Below are positions 25,310 to 39,870 of a DNA stretch of 64,000 nucleotides, piece after piece. Below the pieces are notes generated by a model that worked only from the letters and a program-made list of their open reading frames with translations, was not told the DNA's origin and made no database searches. The position numbers and the translations under genes are program-made. Positions within the stretch are counted from its first letter, which is position 1; each line of letters starts with the position of its first letter. Source of the stretch: Anthoceros angustus (taxonomy: Eukaryota; Plantae; Anthocerotophyta); assembly GCA_010909165.1 (NCBI GenBank), contig MU008171.1, positions 124,001-188,000 on the forward strand, in the 5' to 3' direction.

Positions 25310-28300
25310 CACAACCCAGGCTCACGATTCGGCATGGCGTCACAGCCAGCGTGTGACATGTGCGAGAAATGTATAAGGCCCCATCTTGTTACAATCGCGT
25401 TACAGTCTTGTTGCAATTTTGTTGCAGTGTAGTGAGAGGCGGTATTTGGCCCTTTCAAAATTTCAACATATTTGCAACAACCAAAGTGTTACACCCTCTT
25501 TTGTTACAGTTTTGCAGGCTTGGTACCGAACCTCCTTCCCATGTGGGTTTGCCATTATTGCTTTCATTCCTTTGTTTTTCCCCTGCCTTTATTGTTATGC
25601 GTGTACCAGACTATAAGTATATAATATGCCTTACATTTTCCGCCCGAAGGCGTGCACGGATGTCGGAATGAATGGGACCCATTGCCCACTTCCCCTTCTC
25701 ACACCATCCTGCAACCATGTCGAAAGTCCTCATCGTAATGCATGCCCGCTCTCAATGGCGATAAAACTTGAATCTTGTAACAAATACGGTCGCGCCTTGA
25801 GCATCCACCCCAAGCTTTCTGTCTGCCTTGCCCGATGGTGTGGTCTACTTCCTCGAAACAGAACTACCTCGGACACATGTGCTCTTGGTTGTTTCCATCC
25901 ATAAACTCAGGCATAGTGCATAGCCTCCATGGCCGGATATCCGGTTGCAATAGAACCCTCGGGTTTGCGTTGGCGCACATGTTTCTTAAGCACAAGTAGG
26001 TACCGCTCCATCGGGTACATCCACCAGCGTGTCTTGGGCCATGTGTTTCCACTTCATCCACAAGATGGATAATGAGGTGTTGCATAACATTCCGAATGTC
26101 GAAGGCATGAAGGCTCTAGCTTGATGAAGATGTCGATAACCTCCCTTTTTCGCGGGATATCGGACACGAAATCTCTTTGCCACATATCCATCTTTACAAA
26201 CCTGCCAATCGGGTGATGACATTTAACTCCTGTGGTGGGAGCCTCCCTCGCAATGCTATGGGCAAGTAATCGCATCAAACAATGCCAATCGTGACTTTTC
26301 ATGCCGGTAACCTTGGGACGGTAAAACATCCTTTCAAATTATGTACACGTACAAGTGGTATCCGTATTTGTGCACTCCGTTTTGCAATACGGTGCGGCCT
26401 GCAAATTTTACGCGCGTTTGTTTCCACCCTATTCGCTGCAGTGCCTTTCACGTCACTCGTATTTCGTGCCCTTGTGGGCGTCCCCCGTATAGGGTACTTG
26501 TTTTGGAAACCCTTACAGTCCACAAGAACAACAGAAGACGTAGTTTCCTGCACCCTACAGATAACATGCCGGTTCTTTGCCGCATCCACATCCAAAATTG
26601 GGCGTCCTCCCTCAGCGCGCGGGATGAATCTACCGGCATCCGCATCCGCGGTGTCCCGTGCTCACTCGTCGCGCGCGAGGAATGAACCGCAATCTCCATC
26701 CGCGACCTACCGTGCTCCCTCCTCGCGCTGGAGGGGTGAATTTGGGGTTGTGGTTGGCATTCTCTGCCCCCGCCTGCTCGTTGAAGGCCTACTCCTCGTC
26801 AGAGCACTGGAAACTGTGCACCTCCCACCACCGATTTTGCCTTCCCCTTCCTCGCGCTGGTTTTTTTCCTTCCGCCGCAGCTCCGCGATTCCACCTGCTT
26901 CGATTGCAAGAACATATGACCACATGCCATTCCCATGGCCCTTGGCCTGTAAGCACAAACGGCTGGGAGTGCTTGCAATTTGGTGCTTACCTTCTCGGCC
27001 TTCTCTTTGTTTTGTTTCCGCCCACTTCCCCTTCTCACACCATCCGCAACCATGTCGGAAAGTCCTCATCGTCTGCTAATGCATGCTCTCAATGGCGATA
27101 AAACTTGAATCACAAAATACCGGTGTAAACGCCTTGAGCATCCACCCCAAGCTTTCTTGTCTCCGCCTTGCCCGATGGTGTGGTCTACTTCCTCGAAACC
27201 GAACTACCTCGGACACATGTGCTTCGTCTTGGTTGTTTCCATCCATAAACTCGAGGCATAGTGCATAGCCTCCATGGCCGATATCCGGTTGCAATAGAAC
27301 CCTCGGGTTTGGCGTTGGCACATGTTTCTTAAGCACAAGTAGGTACCGCTCCATCGGGTACAAAGTTCGCACGCGCGCTCACATCTCCATCCTCTTCCGC
27401 CACCTCCTGTGCTCTTCCTCATCGTCACCATGTCAAATTCGCCATGTACCCAACGCACTGTCGAAGTTTTGTTCTCATCGGCGAGCGTTCGGATAACCGC
27501 GTGTTCAGCCCCTATATGCCTTCTTTTCCCGCCCGAAGGCGGTCGGATGTCGGAATGAATGGGACCCATTGCCCACTTCCCCTTCTCACACCATCCGCAA
27601 CCATGTCGTGACGCTCCTGTCCATTGGAGGCTGGATCCCATGTGATGTCTCATCTCGCCTCCATTCCCCGCCGCCGAGATGGTTTTTGGCACCATTGCGC
27701 ACATGTCGTCACCCCACGGCCCCCCCCGCCTCCATTGTCCATCCCGCCCATCTGTGCGCCACTACTACCCTTGATGTCCACGCATCGCCATTCCACGGAT
27801 GTGTACCGGCCCCATGTACAACTCACTTACTGACGCCTCTCCCTACCATGTTCTTCGTTGCCCCGTTTTCCCGAGTCACCCACCACCATGCCCCCTCTAC
27901 GATCATGACCATCGCTATGTTCGCCACAACCAATGCTGCCTGATTGAATATCCGTGTACATCGCCCACAGCAAAAATCCTCACAAGGCTGCCGTCCCATA
28001 AGCTGCAATTCGGAGATTAGAGGCTGCGGTAGATGTCCATATTTGGTACTTGGCGAGGCCACGGAATAATGGTTGATCGTTCACCTCGTGACGTCCCTCT
28101 CCATGTCGGGTTCCACCGCCTTCTGTCCCCGCCATTCGTCCTTCCTTCCCCGCACATTTGTGCGCGTTTTTCTCCACCACATGCTTGTGGCTCCCTGCTC
28201 GAATGCCTTCCGCCTCACATTTCGGTCATCCGCACCAAAATCTCCAACGGAGTCCAAAGTTCTCCGCGGTGTGTCCCCAAGATCCTCATTTTCCCATCCT

Positions 28301-28312
28301 CATGCGATTCCT
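25310..28312 (-). pseudogene. Scrambled duplicate fragments of the CACTA TnpD transposase
   Basis: GMKSHDWHCLMR, MQHLIIHLVDEV, MYPMERYL…LK; segments match 43380-45420. Confidence 0.75.
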
Positions 28313-31300
28313 AGCCCACCATGTCATGTCCTGCTAGCTTGGGACGAAAATGCGCCTCGGCGCTCAATTAATGGAAAGTACCAAAACTTTTCCTCGGGCC
28401 GCAAGCTCCTTCCAATACATCGTGTCGTGTCTTGGCGTGATGGCGAAACTAAGCGTCTTGATGTGCACCCGGTATATGCTACGCCTTTGGGACAGAGGCG
28501 ATCCGAACACGTGGATGACACTTGGAGCAATAGTTTATTCGCCTCTTGCCGACTTGGTAGAGTGTTTGGAGATGGCAACAAAGATGTCTTGATGACACGG
28601 AAAATTCGGACATTGCAGTCTCGAGATATTGTAACACTCTTGCACTTGAAGGAGCGCCGTGGTTGATGATAAGGTGCTTTGGTCACTCCTACGGCCCGTG
28701 CACGTCATATGACCTCTCCGATTCCTTCAAGGCATCATGCCATTAAATGCGCAAGGGTGAGCAGTTGTGCATAGCTTCTACTCCTCCGGGCTCATGAGCA
28801 TCATCGCAATATCCATTTCGCGCCGATGTCATCTTGATCGATCTTCACCGTGGTCAAGCGTGGGCCTCTTCACCATTCCGTAGCTTGCACCTGACCGATC
28901 GACCGGTGGAGCTGGTGCGGACGTGGTGCGACTAAGTGACCACTCCATCGAGGCTCTGCAGAACAATTTTACCGGTGGCGAAGGCGTCATCTAGAGGTGA
29001 TTGAAATGGAGAGGGCGCCATGGTACGAATTCGTTGTGGGAGATTGTGATGTCGGGCATGCCTCACGCATATCGAATCGCCGCAGTCGGTTGAAGGGCGG
29101 CAATCCGGACACGGACATCGAATCTTTGGGATTTGTCGATTCCTCGGTCTTACCATTTCAAGCGCACTTTGCAGGTGCAACTGGAATGAAATGTTTGAGT
29201 GATGTGTGTACGGTAGCGGATGTGGCGGATAGCGAGGATGTCTTGCTCCCGTCCTTTACGCCCAAGTGTGAATGGTCACATCGAAACCGGATCTTGACAG
29301 CGGCGGTAGATTACGCTTGTGTGGAACCTTCCTACATCGGACATGGTTTACGCTCGAGTTAGTGTCGAGTACATAGGACCTCCAATGCGAAAGCTCTGCT
29401 CCAATCCCCATCTGTTCCTTCTTGGCGATAGGCCCTTCGGATCATCTCCGTCCGTCGATTCGGTGGTTTGGAATGGCACCCGGTGATGAGTGAGGGGCAA
29501 GCTTGTCGAAGGCATGAATTCGGCGGTGTCGCCAGCAATGACGGAGATGGTGATGAGCCGCTCCGCAACCTCGCTCTGCGTCGTGGCATCTGGGGAGGTT
29601 CACAGATCTGGAGGGCGTTCACCGAAGAAACACTGTACATTGGAAGTGGCGAGACACAGAGAGGAAGCTTGTGTTGCGGCATGGACCGAGCCTCTGGAGG
29701 AGCATTCACAGACCTCCTTGCGGGGATTATGTGTGTGCCAAAGCATATCGGGCAGTGGACACCCACAATTTGGACCCATACCGCCATTTCGGCTAGTCTC
29801 TCCTTCGCTATTTCGTGCTTGGATGGCGAAACTTCCTTTTCAGCTCGTGTCGTGCCCATGCTAAGGCATCTTCCCACTCTTCATCGTCCACCATGGAAGG
29901 TTTCCTATTGAGGTAGTTCCCCTTTTCCTCTCTTCCAGCAGCGGCAAAGATCATCCGGCATTCGCGTCCGCGTCATTTGAGAGAAATGTCTACTTATGCA
30001 CGACTTCGACTAACTGGGAAGGCTTCCGCCACACACTTGATTAACCGGGCCTTCTGCTTTTGAACGTCCCTCCACCTTGTTACCCTGTGTCGTTTCACAA
30101 CCTTTGTCCCGACTAGCTCCAAGATTTCTTCGTGTCTCCTTCGCTTAGCCCACCATGTCATGTCCTGCTAGCTTGGGACGAAAATGCGCCTCGGCGCTCA
30201 ATTAATGGAAAGTACCAAAACTTTTCCTCGGGCCGCAAGCTCCTTCCAATACATCGTGTCGTGTCTTGGCGTGATGGCGAAACTAAGCGTCTTGATGTGC
30301 ACCCGGTATATGCTACGCCTTTGGGACAGAGGCGATCCGAACACGTGGATGACACTTGGAGCAATAGTTTATTCGCCTCTTGCCGACTTGGTAGAGTGTT
30401 TGGAGATGGCAACAAAGATGTCTTGATGACACGGAAAATTCGGACATTGCAGTCTCGAGATATTGTAACACTCTTGCACTTGAAGGAGCGCCGTGGTTGA
30501 TGATAAGGTGCTTTGGTCACTCCTACGGCCCGTGCACGTCATATGACCTCTCCGATTCCTTCAAGGCATCATGCCATTAAATGCGCAAGGGTGAGCAGTT
30601 GTGCATAGCTTCTACTCCTCCGGGCTCATGAGCATCATCGCAATATCCATTTCGCGCCGATGTCATCTTGATCGATCTTCACCGTGGTCAAGCGTGGGCC
30701 TCTTCACCATTCCGTAGCTTGCACCTGACCGATCGACCGGTGGAGCTGGTGCGGACGTGGTGCGACTAAGTGACCACTCCATCGAGGCTCTGCAGAACAA
30801 TTTTACCGGTGGCGAAGGCGTCATCTAGAGGTGATTGAAATGGAGAGGGCGCCATGGTACGAATTCGTTGTGGGAGATTGTGATGTCGGGCATGCCTCAC
30901 GCATATCGAATCGCCGCAGTCGGTTGAAGGGCGGCAATCCGGACACGGACATCGAATCTTTGGGATTTGTCGATTCCTCGGTCTTACCATTTCAAGCGCA
31001 CTTTGCAGGTGCAACTGGAATGAAATGTTTGAGTGATGTGTGTACGGTAGCGGATGTGGCGGATAGCGAGGATGTCTTGCTCCCGTCCTTTACGCCCAAG
31101 TGTGAATGGTCACATCGAAACCGGATCTTGACAGCGGCGGTAGATTACGCTTGTGTGGAACCTTCCTACATCGGACATGGTTTACGCTCGAGTTAGTGTC
31201 GAGTACATAGGACCTCCAATGCGAAAGCTCTGCTCCAATCCCCATCTGTTCCTTCTTGGCGATAGGCCCTTCGGATCATCTCCGTCCGTCGATTCGGTGG

Positions 31301-31543
31301 TTTGGAATGGCACCCGGTGATGAGTGAGGGGCAAGCTTGTCGAAGGCATGAATTCGGCGGTGTCGCCAGCAATGACGGAGATGGTGATGAGCCGCTCCGC
31401 AACCTCGCTCTGCGTCGTGGCATCTGGGGAGGTTCACAGATCTGGAGGGCGTTCACCGAAGAAACACTGTACATTGGAAGTGGCGAGACACAGAGAGGAA
31501 GCTTGTGTTGCGGCATGGACCGAGCCTCTGGAGGAGCATTCAC
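28312..31543. repeat. Apparently identical 1,398-bp direct repeat (28312-29709 and 30146-31543)
   Basis: Identical ORF translations recur at an offset of 1834 bp; a third, diverged copy lies at ~45400-46880. Confidence 0.92.
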
Positions 31544-32499
31544 CAAGGCCTCGTTATCAACACCATTTACGAGGGCATTCACATCTATTGTGCCTGTCCT
31601 TCCTCGCCTCGCCGGTTGATATGACACCTCCACCGCAACAAATTCCGCCCGCCATTCCCTTTCTAGGGCCTCTGCACCCGTCGGTCCTTCCCGCTCCTCC
31701 TCCCTCCCTCCGACCGTCGTGCTACCTTCTGCATTCCCGCATTTTCGTCCTCCTCTACATCCAACTCCTCCATGAAGCGTGACGGTTGTTCTCCTCTTCC
31801 ACTTGATAGTTCCCATTCCCCCTACTTGCCATCCATCGCCTTCGTGCACATCCAATCGCATTCACACAAGGCACATGGAAATGACGTTCATCCGGATACC
31901 GGTCTATATGTCGACACCGTACAATGTGTTGCGTGAGCGTCACCGATATCATCTGTGCCACAACACACTCGTCCGATTTCGCTTTCTTGGTCCATGTCCT
32001 GCAGCTACCGCATTGCTCCAATTCGTCCGTCGGGATGGAAGGTGCCAAGTTTCACGCCATCGAACTGAACCTACTGCCCGCCATCGCGTGCTTCCCTCCT
32101 TCACGCTTTGTTGCCTCCTTTGCGCCGATGGCGCCTCCTCCCACCGTGCTCGCCGATTGAACGGAAGGTGGATGGGGATGGCGGAGGAGGATAGGCAAGA
32201 CGACCTACCCTCCTCATCCCTCCACCTTCCTACGGTCTGTCGGCCGTCAGACGCCTCCCGACTAGGTCTGTCCGTGCATACGGCCGACATCCTTGGCCAC
32301 CTCTATCCGTCTCACGCCATTTCGTGCATGCTCACCCTTCCTTCTGCAATTTTTGGCTCCCTCCGTAGGCAACCTTTTCCTTCCTTCGCCCCTCATGTAT
32401 CGCACTCCACCGCATAACCGGCCGGCCTTAGATTTGAAACATATGAGCCATCCGCCCTTCGAGGCAATTGCGAAACATGGCATGACGCCGCCTCGCACT

Positions 32500-35050
32500 C
32501 ATATCCCTTGTTCATTGACTTCCGGCCTACCGCCAATACCAATGTGCACATTTAGTGTTCAGGGTTGTCCGACGCTTTATTCGTTTCATATCGATGGAGG
32601 ATTAATGCCCGGCAAGCCCGCCATATTATGGAGGTCGGCAAACCCGTCACTTGCGTCATCATCTCTACCCCAATTCGATCATTCCTATCCGCCTCAATCC
32701 ATGGGTTCCTACCCCTCCATCCCGTCCGGTGCGGGAACCGCCACCCGATGTTTTCATCCATCGCCTCGGATGTAGCATGCATTGGGTTACCCGTGAGGGC
32801 CACACAAATGGGCCATCGATGGAGCGCACTCGTATGTGCAAAGTCTCTCCATGTTCACTGTCGAATCCGCACGATGTCCGCAATGATGGCCTGGGTCCAC
32901 TCGGCTCACACTGCATCAACGAACCTTCGATAACAGCTTGTACTCCTCCCAAGTGCACGCAAAATTTCGTATGTGACCATAAACACTCGCTCTCCTTCAC
33001 AACCTTCATCTCGCCTCCCGCTCATTAAAAATTTTGCGAGCACCGCCGTCCTTAGTGCTCCGGCGTCTATCTCGCCTCTATAGTTCTAAGGTGCCTTTGT
33101 TCCACATATGCCGATAAGCTACCGCCTCCATTCGTGGACCGTCCATGATAGCGCGCACTTCATCCGTCATAGCCGGGTGATTCTCCCATGCGTGCCTTCC
33201 CGCATGCGCCAAACCTTGAAAGTTCGCTCTCCACGTGAACCATACCTCGACCTCTTCCTCGTACATATCTGCATCATCACCTCCATGTGGTACAACACAG
33301 CGCCTGCCAGGCCTCCACGGCATCCAATTTGTACGGCCTCCCAAAGACCGAGCACCTTCTCTCCTTCTCGCTCGCTCGCCATAGCCCTCCAACGTGACCA
33401 TAATAACGCCGCAAAAATGCCATCCCATAGTGCATGCTCTCCTCCTTCAAGTACCCCAACGCTATCGGCCTCCTACGCATACGGACAAATCTTCCTCGTC
33501 CCAAGGTATCTTTCGACAGGTACATCCACCTCGTGTGCACCGGTCCGAGTACGCCTACCTCGTCCACTAGATGGATTATCGTGAGTCGATATATCAAACA
33601 TTTTGGAGGGAATTGCTTTTCCAGGATCGCACATCACCCTCGCTGCCTCCTCTTTCATTGCTTGGATTTCATGGTCTTGATTGTCCCAAATCCACTCTGA
33701 CCGCCTAACTTGACCACCGCCTTGTACACATCGGGGTCTATGCACCCTCGGAGGACAATAGGGAAGACTACTTCCATCATTATGTGCCGCCATGGCACTT
33801 CAGCCCCAACCTTGCCGCCGCGATTTCGCAGCTATGTTAGATCCGCACTGCTGGCGCCTTTATGCGTTCATTTCGCACAATAACCCGTTGTTCCTCTCGA
33901 CCTATGCACGGGGCAATGGCCATCCTCTCGCCATAACCACCCTTTCCCTCCACTCGCTTCCATGTCCATCCGTGAGGCTATGTCATCTCGGTCTCCTGTC
34001 AACGTATGCCAAATGGCTTCGGCGTTGTTTTTCTCGACGTGCATAACGTCCTTTGGTGCCCATTTCAGCAAAAACCGCCAGTATGGGAGGTCTACAAACA
34101 AGGCCGACCTTCGTCGGGTTCCAAACCGGCCTCGATGGCGCAGGTCCGCCGGGGTCGCGTTCCCTCTGGCTGCCATATCTTCTATGACATCGACGAAAGA
34201 TGGCGGGGCAGGTGGGGGCCGATACTCTGCCACTCCATTGTACCAGCCACGCCCGCCCACCGCCCACGCCGTCGCCGGAAGCCACCTCCTAAAACCAGCA
34301 TATATTTTCTTCAAGTCCAAGAATACCGTGAATCCAAGTCCTCCGAATCAACACATGCACGGGCCCCTCACTTGCAATCCCGCCGTGGTCCCAAGGCTGG
34401 GTAACTGCTATGACGTGCAAAATCGCTGCTCGTAGTTTGAAATGCTGCTTTGGATGGTTGACGGTTTGGAGAAGTCTTCCGTGTCCATGCCTCTCCAAAG
34501 GTCCTGCAGTCCTCGATTAAAGGCGCCATAAAGACATCGAAATTCTGGCGATGCCAGCCGCACAATCAACGGGCATAATCACATTCGCATCCTTTGTGCT
34601 GGCCCATGGTGGCATATTGTGCACGAACAACAAAACCGCCATATGGATGTGTTTGCACTGGCCAAATGGATTGAAGCCATCTGCACAATGCAAACCTTAC
34701 GCTGTTCTTCCCCAAAGCCGTCTACTCCATCAAGAGCTGTCCAAGCGGTGTGTGTCACCATGATGGTCATGTCCCGTCTGCTGCTTTCCCCACATACCAT
34801 GTCATCATCTACCGTATGTGGCATTTGAAACATTCGGCCAGCGTGCCTTCAACGGAAAATGCCAAAGCACCTTACGCGTATTTCATCTTCCTCATCAAAC
34901 CCTTCCCTAAACTGGTGTGTCGATCTGGCAATGCGTAGTCCCCTCAGATAAAAACATCCCTCTCGGGATTTTCGCATTACCTTGGCCCAAACATGTATAA
35001 AAGTGCCTTGGCCTCGCATGTCTTTGGGCGCGTGGCGTAATATCGGGCAA
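32500..35050 (-). pseudogene. Second, diverged CACTA TnpD transposase (frameshifted)
   Basis: DGFNPFG, LFVHNMPPW, FVDLPYW…DVMHVEKN, HLVDEV..LGPVHTRWMY..ER; diverged in nucleotide sequence from the 43-47 kb copy. Confidence 0.75.
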
Positions 35051-38000
35051 TTAGCCGCAAAAGTCTACATGACGCCATGTCATACATTGATTGCCAAGAC
35101 AACAATAAGAGTGGGCGCTTAGCTCGCTTTCCTTCGAACCATGCCCTTCGGGATGTCGTACAAGGGCGTTTCACCGCCCGACGCACCGCCCGGCATGTTC
35201 TGCTCCGCCTGTGGTCGCTGCCGCCAACAACTCATCCATCGCGGTACCGGGGCAAGTCCTCACCATCCGCTCCTCTTCCGAATTGTCTAATTCCGCTATC
35301 ATCATAGCATCGCACGTTGACGGTGCCCTCGGACATATGTGACACCGTGTCCGCGGGATGCATGGTGCCCACCATACGGTTGCCCATGCCCATCGCCCCG
35401 CAATTATTGCATGGGCCGCCATTAACCACAACAATTGAACCATATGGAGCGATCGAAGGTCACAATGGTCCGGCGCCGCCTTGCATTACTTGGCGAAGGC
35501 AATGAACTCGAGACGTGATGGAATACACGGCCGCGCCTGCACGCACTCTCGGCAAGGCGTAACATGTACAGACCGTGATCTGGCATTCTCCGCGTGACTG
35601 TGGATGACGCGGAAGAAGAATCGGGAGGAAGAACTTCGATTAAAATGGAAGCGTTGACTTCAAACAAATAAGCCATTCGAACAAAAAGAAGTCTCGCCGT
35701 GAACAACTGCTACACCATGGACGCACGTGGACTCACTCGACCGACCTCGCCTCGGGAACAGGAGCTCCGAGGATGCCGCAGCTAAAGCATCCGCAGCTAT
35801 GTGTCGACAATGGAAGCCTCCGACAAGACCCCTATGGTGTTCTCACGAATCAAGCGCGGAGACATCACCGCATGTCTCGCAGACGCCAAATGCCACCGCC
35901 GACCGACCCCCGAGCCATCGAGTGGCATGGAACGGACTTGTGGGTCCGTGTTTGGATTACCGTCGCTCCCGCAGCAGAGTGCCGTGGAAGACGAGTTCAC
36001 AGACACGAGATGTCTTCCGGATGGACGCCTCTGCCGCCGGCACCACGCCTTCCGCGAACGATGGATAGAAAGGGATGACGGCCATCGATCGAGGGTTGGG
36101 GACAACGCCGGGAACGCTCGCTCGGGTGACTCCACTTCGTGCAACATTCAATGTCATATGTTTGGCATCGCAGACATTGACGTCATGCCTTGTGTCAAGA
36201 ATGCGTGAAAGGCAAAACATTTCAGGCAGGGGCGCCACCATCGCTAGGGTGCATAACCTCCTTAATCTGCACCTTGTCTACGGCGTGGAGCTCATGCTCG
36301 AAATCTCGAGAGCTCCCAAGCGGCGAAAACAATCCTGGAAAACGGACACTGCACCCAATGGCTGCAAAGCGCGTCCCATGCCGCGTCCCTCCCTCTCCTG
36401 TCCATGCCTCCTCAATTGTGGATCTTCATCCACAAGCATGCATCCGATGTGAACCCTCCACATCTGCAGCTCATTCTGCCCAAAAAGACGACTTAGATGC
36501 ACAACATCTACTTGCACGGCCTTTGCAAGAATTTGTTCGGGTCTCCGGTGCCTCTTCTTCCTGGAGTCCCCTCGGCCGCTGAGGGGTTGCCGCGCCCGCT
36601 TGAGCAGAGCCCCGCTGCGCATTCAACCACGTCGATTTCTTTCCTTCGCCTCACCGTGGACGATGGCCTCGGACGCATCGCCTCGCCCCTTGGCCTTCGT
36701 CTTCCTTTGACCTCCCTTTCTTTCGCGCCTGCGGATATGAACTCCTTCCTTTCCTAACGGGTCCATGGGCTGCATCGCGACACACATTCCGCAGACTCGG
36801 TTCCTTTTAGAGGTGTGACCCACGCTTTGGGCAATAGGTGCGGAATTAGTAGCCTTTGTTTAATTCATGTCCATCCTCACGGCGCTAAGAGTGCACAATC
36901 GGAAATTGAAGGCAATCATGACCCACGTAACACGGAAATGTCGCGGACGGGGTTGTGGTGCGAGTATGGAGGCACCACTCCATACCCTCCATTCCGCCAA
37001 CCGCACCTCACAGCGCCCGCTTTATTTCCAGCCACTCAAGTGTATGATTCGATTGCCGGAAAGGACATTCCCGGCAAGGCCCACATCCCCGCCTCGCACC
37101 TCGACCTCCGAGGTGTACACCTCCCTCCCTCCACCAGATGTACCTATGAAGAGACGTGCCTGGGAGCGAGGACCGTGCATACCAGTCCTTGATGGCAACA
37201 GACGGAGAGCAACCTTCCGTCTGTCGCCCTTCGGGCAATGGACGGAGAGCAACCTTCCGTCCATCGCCCTGATGGCCATCGTCGGCCCCGGGTCCAATCC
37301 TTCATAGCCATACTCGGTGCCTATCTATAGGAGCCCACAACCTCCGCACACACCTGCAATGTTGGAAGGAAGATAGTTGAGCACGGAAGGGAAAAGGCGG
37401 CCGCATGCAGGAACCAAAAACTATTGAACGCAATGAGTGAAAAGGGGTGAATCCCCAGGCCGCGACACCTTGGGCCGGCACCTTGGTCATGGACGCAGTT
37501 TCCACACACACAAACTAACCCCACTACCGAGATCCGGCGGTGGTGGTGGTCGAGACAACTCCAAGGCGTTGGGAGGCTTCCACTTGGCCATTGGAACGGG
37601 GTTCCAAAAAGGGCGAGGATACACACTGGCACAGACAGCCACCGGGTCCTTGACGGCCATCGAGTGTGGAGGTGTCCAAAAGTGCAAGCCGTATGCCCAA
37701 CCCATTCAAGATGTAGGAATGCGGAAGTCACAGATCCGCCGCGGCACATCCGCTGGACACTAGGGACGAGGGCTCGCACTGCACCGCCAAGGGGCGGGGC
37801 GAGGGGGGTGGGGGCCGAGGAGAGGAACGGTGGAGACGCGGGTGGGGAGGGGTGGAGGGGAGTGATGTGGGGTTCACGGGTAGGCCTCAAAGCAGAGGAG
37901 ACTTAAGCAAGAGCTGGAGCTTTTCGATCACGTGAGTTCGTAGTTAAAGCAAATCTCGGAGAAGAGCCGATTTCTACGCAATCGTGGCCTCCGGAACATC

Positions 38001-38329
38001 GGTTTACTTGGGAGAATCTGATATCGACCTCTGCTCCGACAAGCTTGCGAGGGCAGCATTGACGGCCACAAGCCTGCCCCGCCATGGCGACCTTTGGCGG
38101 TGGTGTCGCCCGCAGCGACGTGAGTAGCGGGTTTTCGTGAGGTAAGCATAATTAACAGCAATCGACATCGAACAAGTATGGTATAAACCTTGACAATGGT
38201 GCAATGCAGATGGACTCCTAGGATCATGGCGACCACCCCAAGTGCTTTGTAATGACCGGTATGATGACACATATTCATTTCACACCCACGCTATCCACGA
38301 TGCACACTTGCACCGAGGTGCCTCACAAG

Positions 38330-39870
38330 GGTGACGACACGAAACGGTCTCGTGGTCACCGGGATTGTCTTTGGTCCATGATGAGTCAATGCATGTCATG
38401 GTCCTTGGATTGGGAAATGCCCATGTCCGTCAGTCATTTGTCCTTCCGCCATGACATGTACATGCATGACATGGTCCAGACATCGCATGACTTGACATGT
38501 ATATGCATGTCATGGGCTTGACCATGGCATGCATTTACATGTCATGGCCGAACATATATAGTCACGAATATCTCGCTCACACGACGGCCAAGCACATTGG
38601 CATTTCGAGGCCAAGGACAAATGCGACCTCATTGCACAAGGATTTATTTGTCCTTGGGCCTGACATGCGCGCATGTCGTCATGGCCCATGTCTGTCATGT
38701 CCTTGGCCCATGACGTGCATATACATGTCATGGGCCAAGGACATGATATGACCATGACATGCATATGCATGTGATGGTCCAAGGAAACATTTTTCCTTTG
38801 ACCATGAAATGTATATGCATGTAAATGTCATGACATTTATATAATAGGCATGGGCCAAGGACATTTATATAATTGCCATGGGCCAAGGACAATTTGTCCT
38901 TGGGCCATGACATGTATATTACAAGGCGTTTCATGGGGCAAGGACAACTTTGTCCTTGGCCCATGGCAATGCATGGCATGGTCAAGACCAGGACATGAAC
39001 CGCCATTTCGGCCAAGGACACATTTGTCCTTGGCCCACAAACTGTATGCATGGCATGGTGGCCCGACATAATCATACCGGGAAGGACAAATTGTCCTCGG
39101 CCCAGACATGTAAATTCATGTCATGGGCGAAGGACAATTTGTCCTTGGCCCACGAAAGGCAAAGGCACATATTGGTGTCTATATATGTATAGCGATGAGG
39201 GTGGTGTAGACTTCATTTGGGAGGACATGCTATTATGAGGACTTAAAACACAAGGAGCGCATGATGAGGTGGCCAAACATGCATGGGGATGATGGTTTAG
39301 TTGTCATGGGCCAAGGACAACTTTGAGCTTGGCCCATGACATGTAAATGCATGGCATGGTCTTAACCATGACATGCACCATGGGCCAAGGACAAAGTTGT
39401 GCTTGGCACATGACATGCATATGGATGTCATGGGCCAAGGAAAACTTTGTCCTTCGCCGACATGCATATGCATGTCGGCGCAGGACATGCATATGCATAT
39501 ATATGACATGACATTTATATATGCCATGGGCCAAGGACAAAGTTCTTGGCCCATGACATTTATACATGTCATGGGCCAAGGACAACTTTGTCCTTGGCCC
39601 ATGGCATGTATATAAATGTCAGATGACAATGACATATATATACATGACATGGTCCAATGAAAATGTTTCCTTGGACCATGTCATGCATATGCATGTCATG
39701 GTCATAATGTCCGTGGGCCATGACATGTATATGCATGTTATGGGCTGTGGACATGACATGACCATGGGCCATGACATGGAATACCGAGGCCCAAGGACAA
39801 ATAGTTCCTTGGGCAATGACGGCATATGTCCTCTCGAAATGACGTGAATGTTCTTGGCCCGAAAAATGTG
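38330..39870. repeat. Dense array of short palindromic and inverted repeats inside the CACTA element
   Basis: Many CATGGGCCAAGGACAA / TTGTCCTTGGCCCATG pairs in both orientations, spaced by ATGCATATGCAT-like palindromes. Confidence 0.88.

Noticed and set aside
27760-27770. Internal CACTACTAC as a nested CACTA end
   Set aside because: Only 9 bp match the TIR and no partner end or TSD was found.
38490-39850. Many Met/His/Cys-rich short ORFs
   Set aside because: Translations of the palindromic repeat array.
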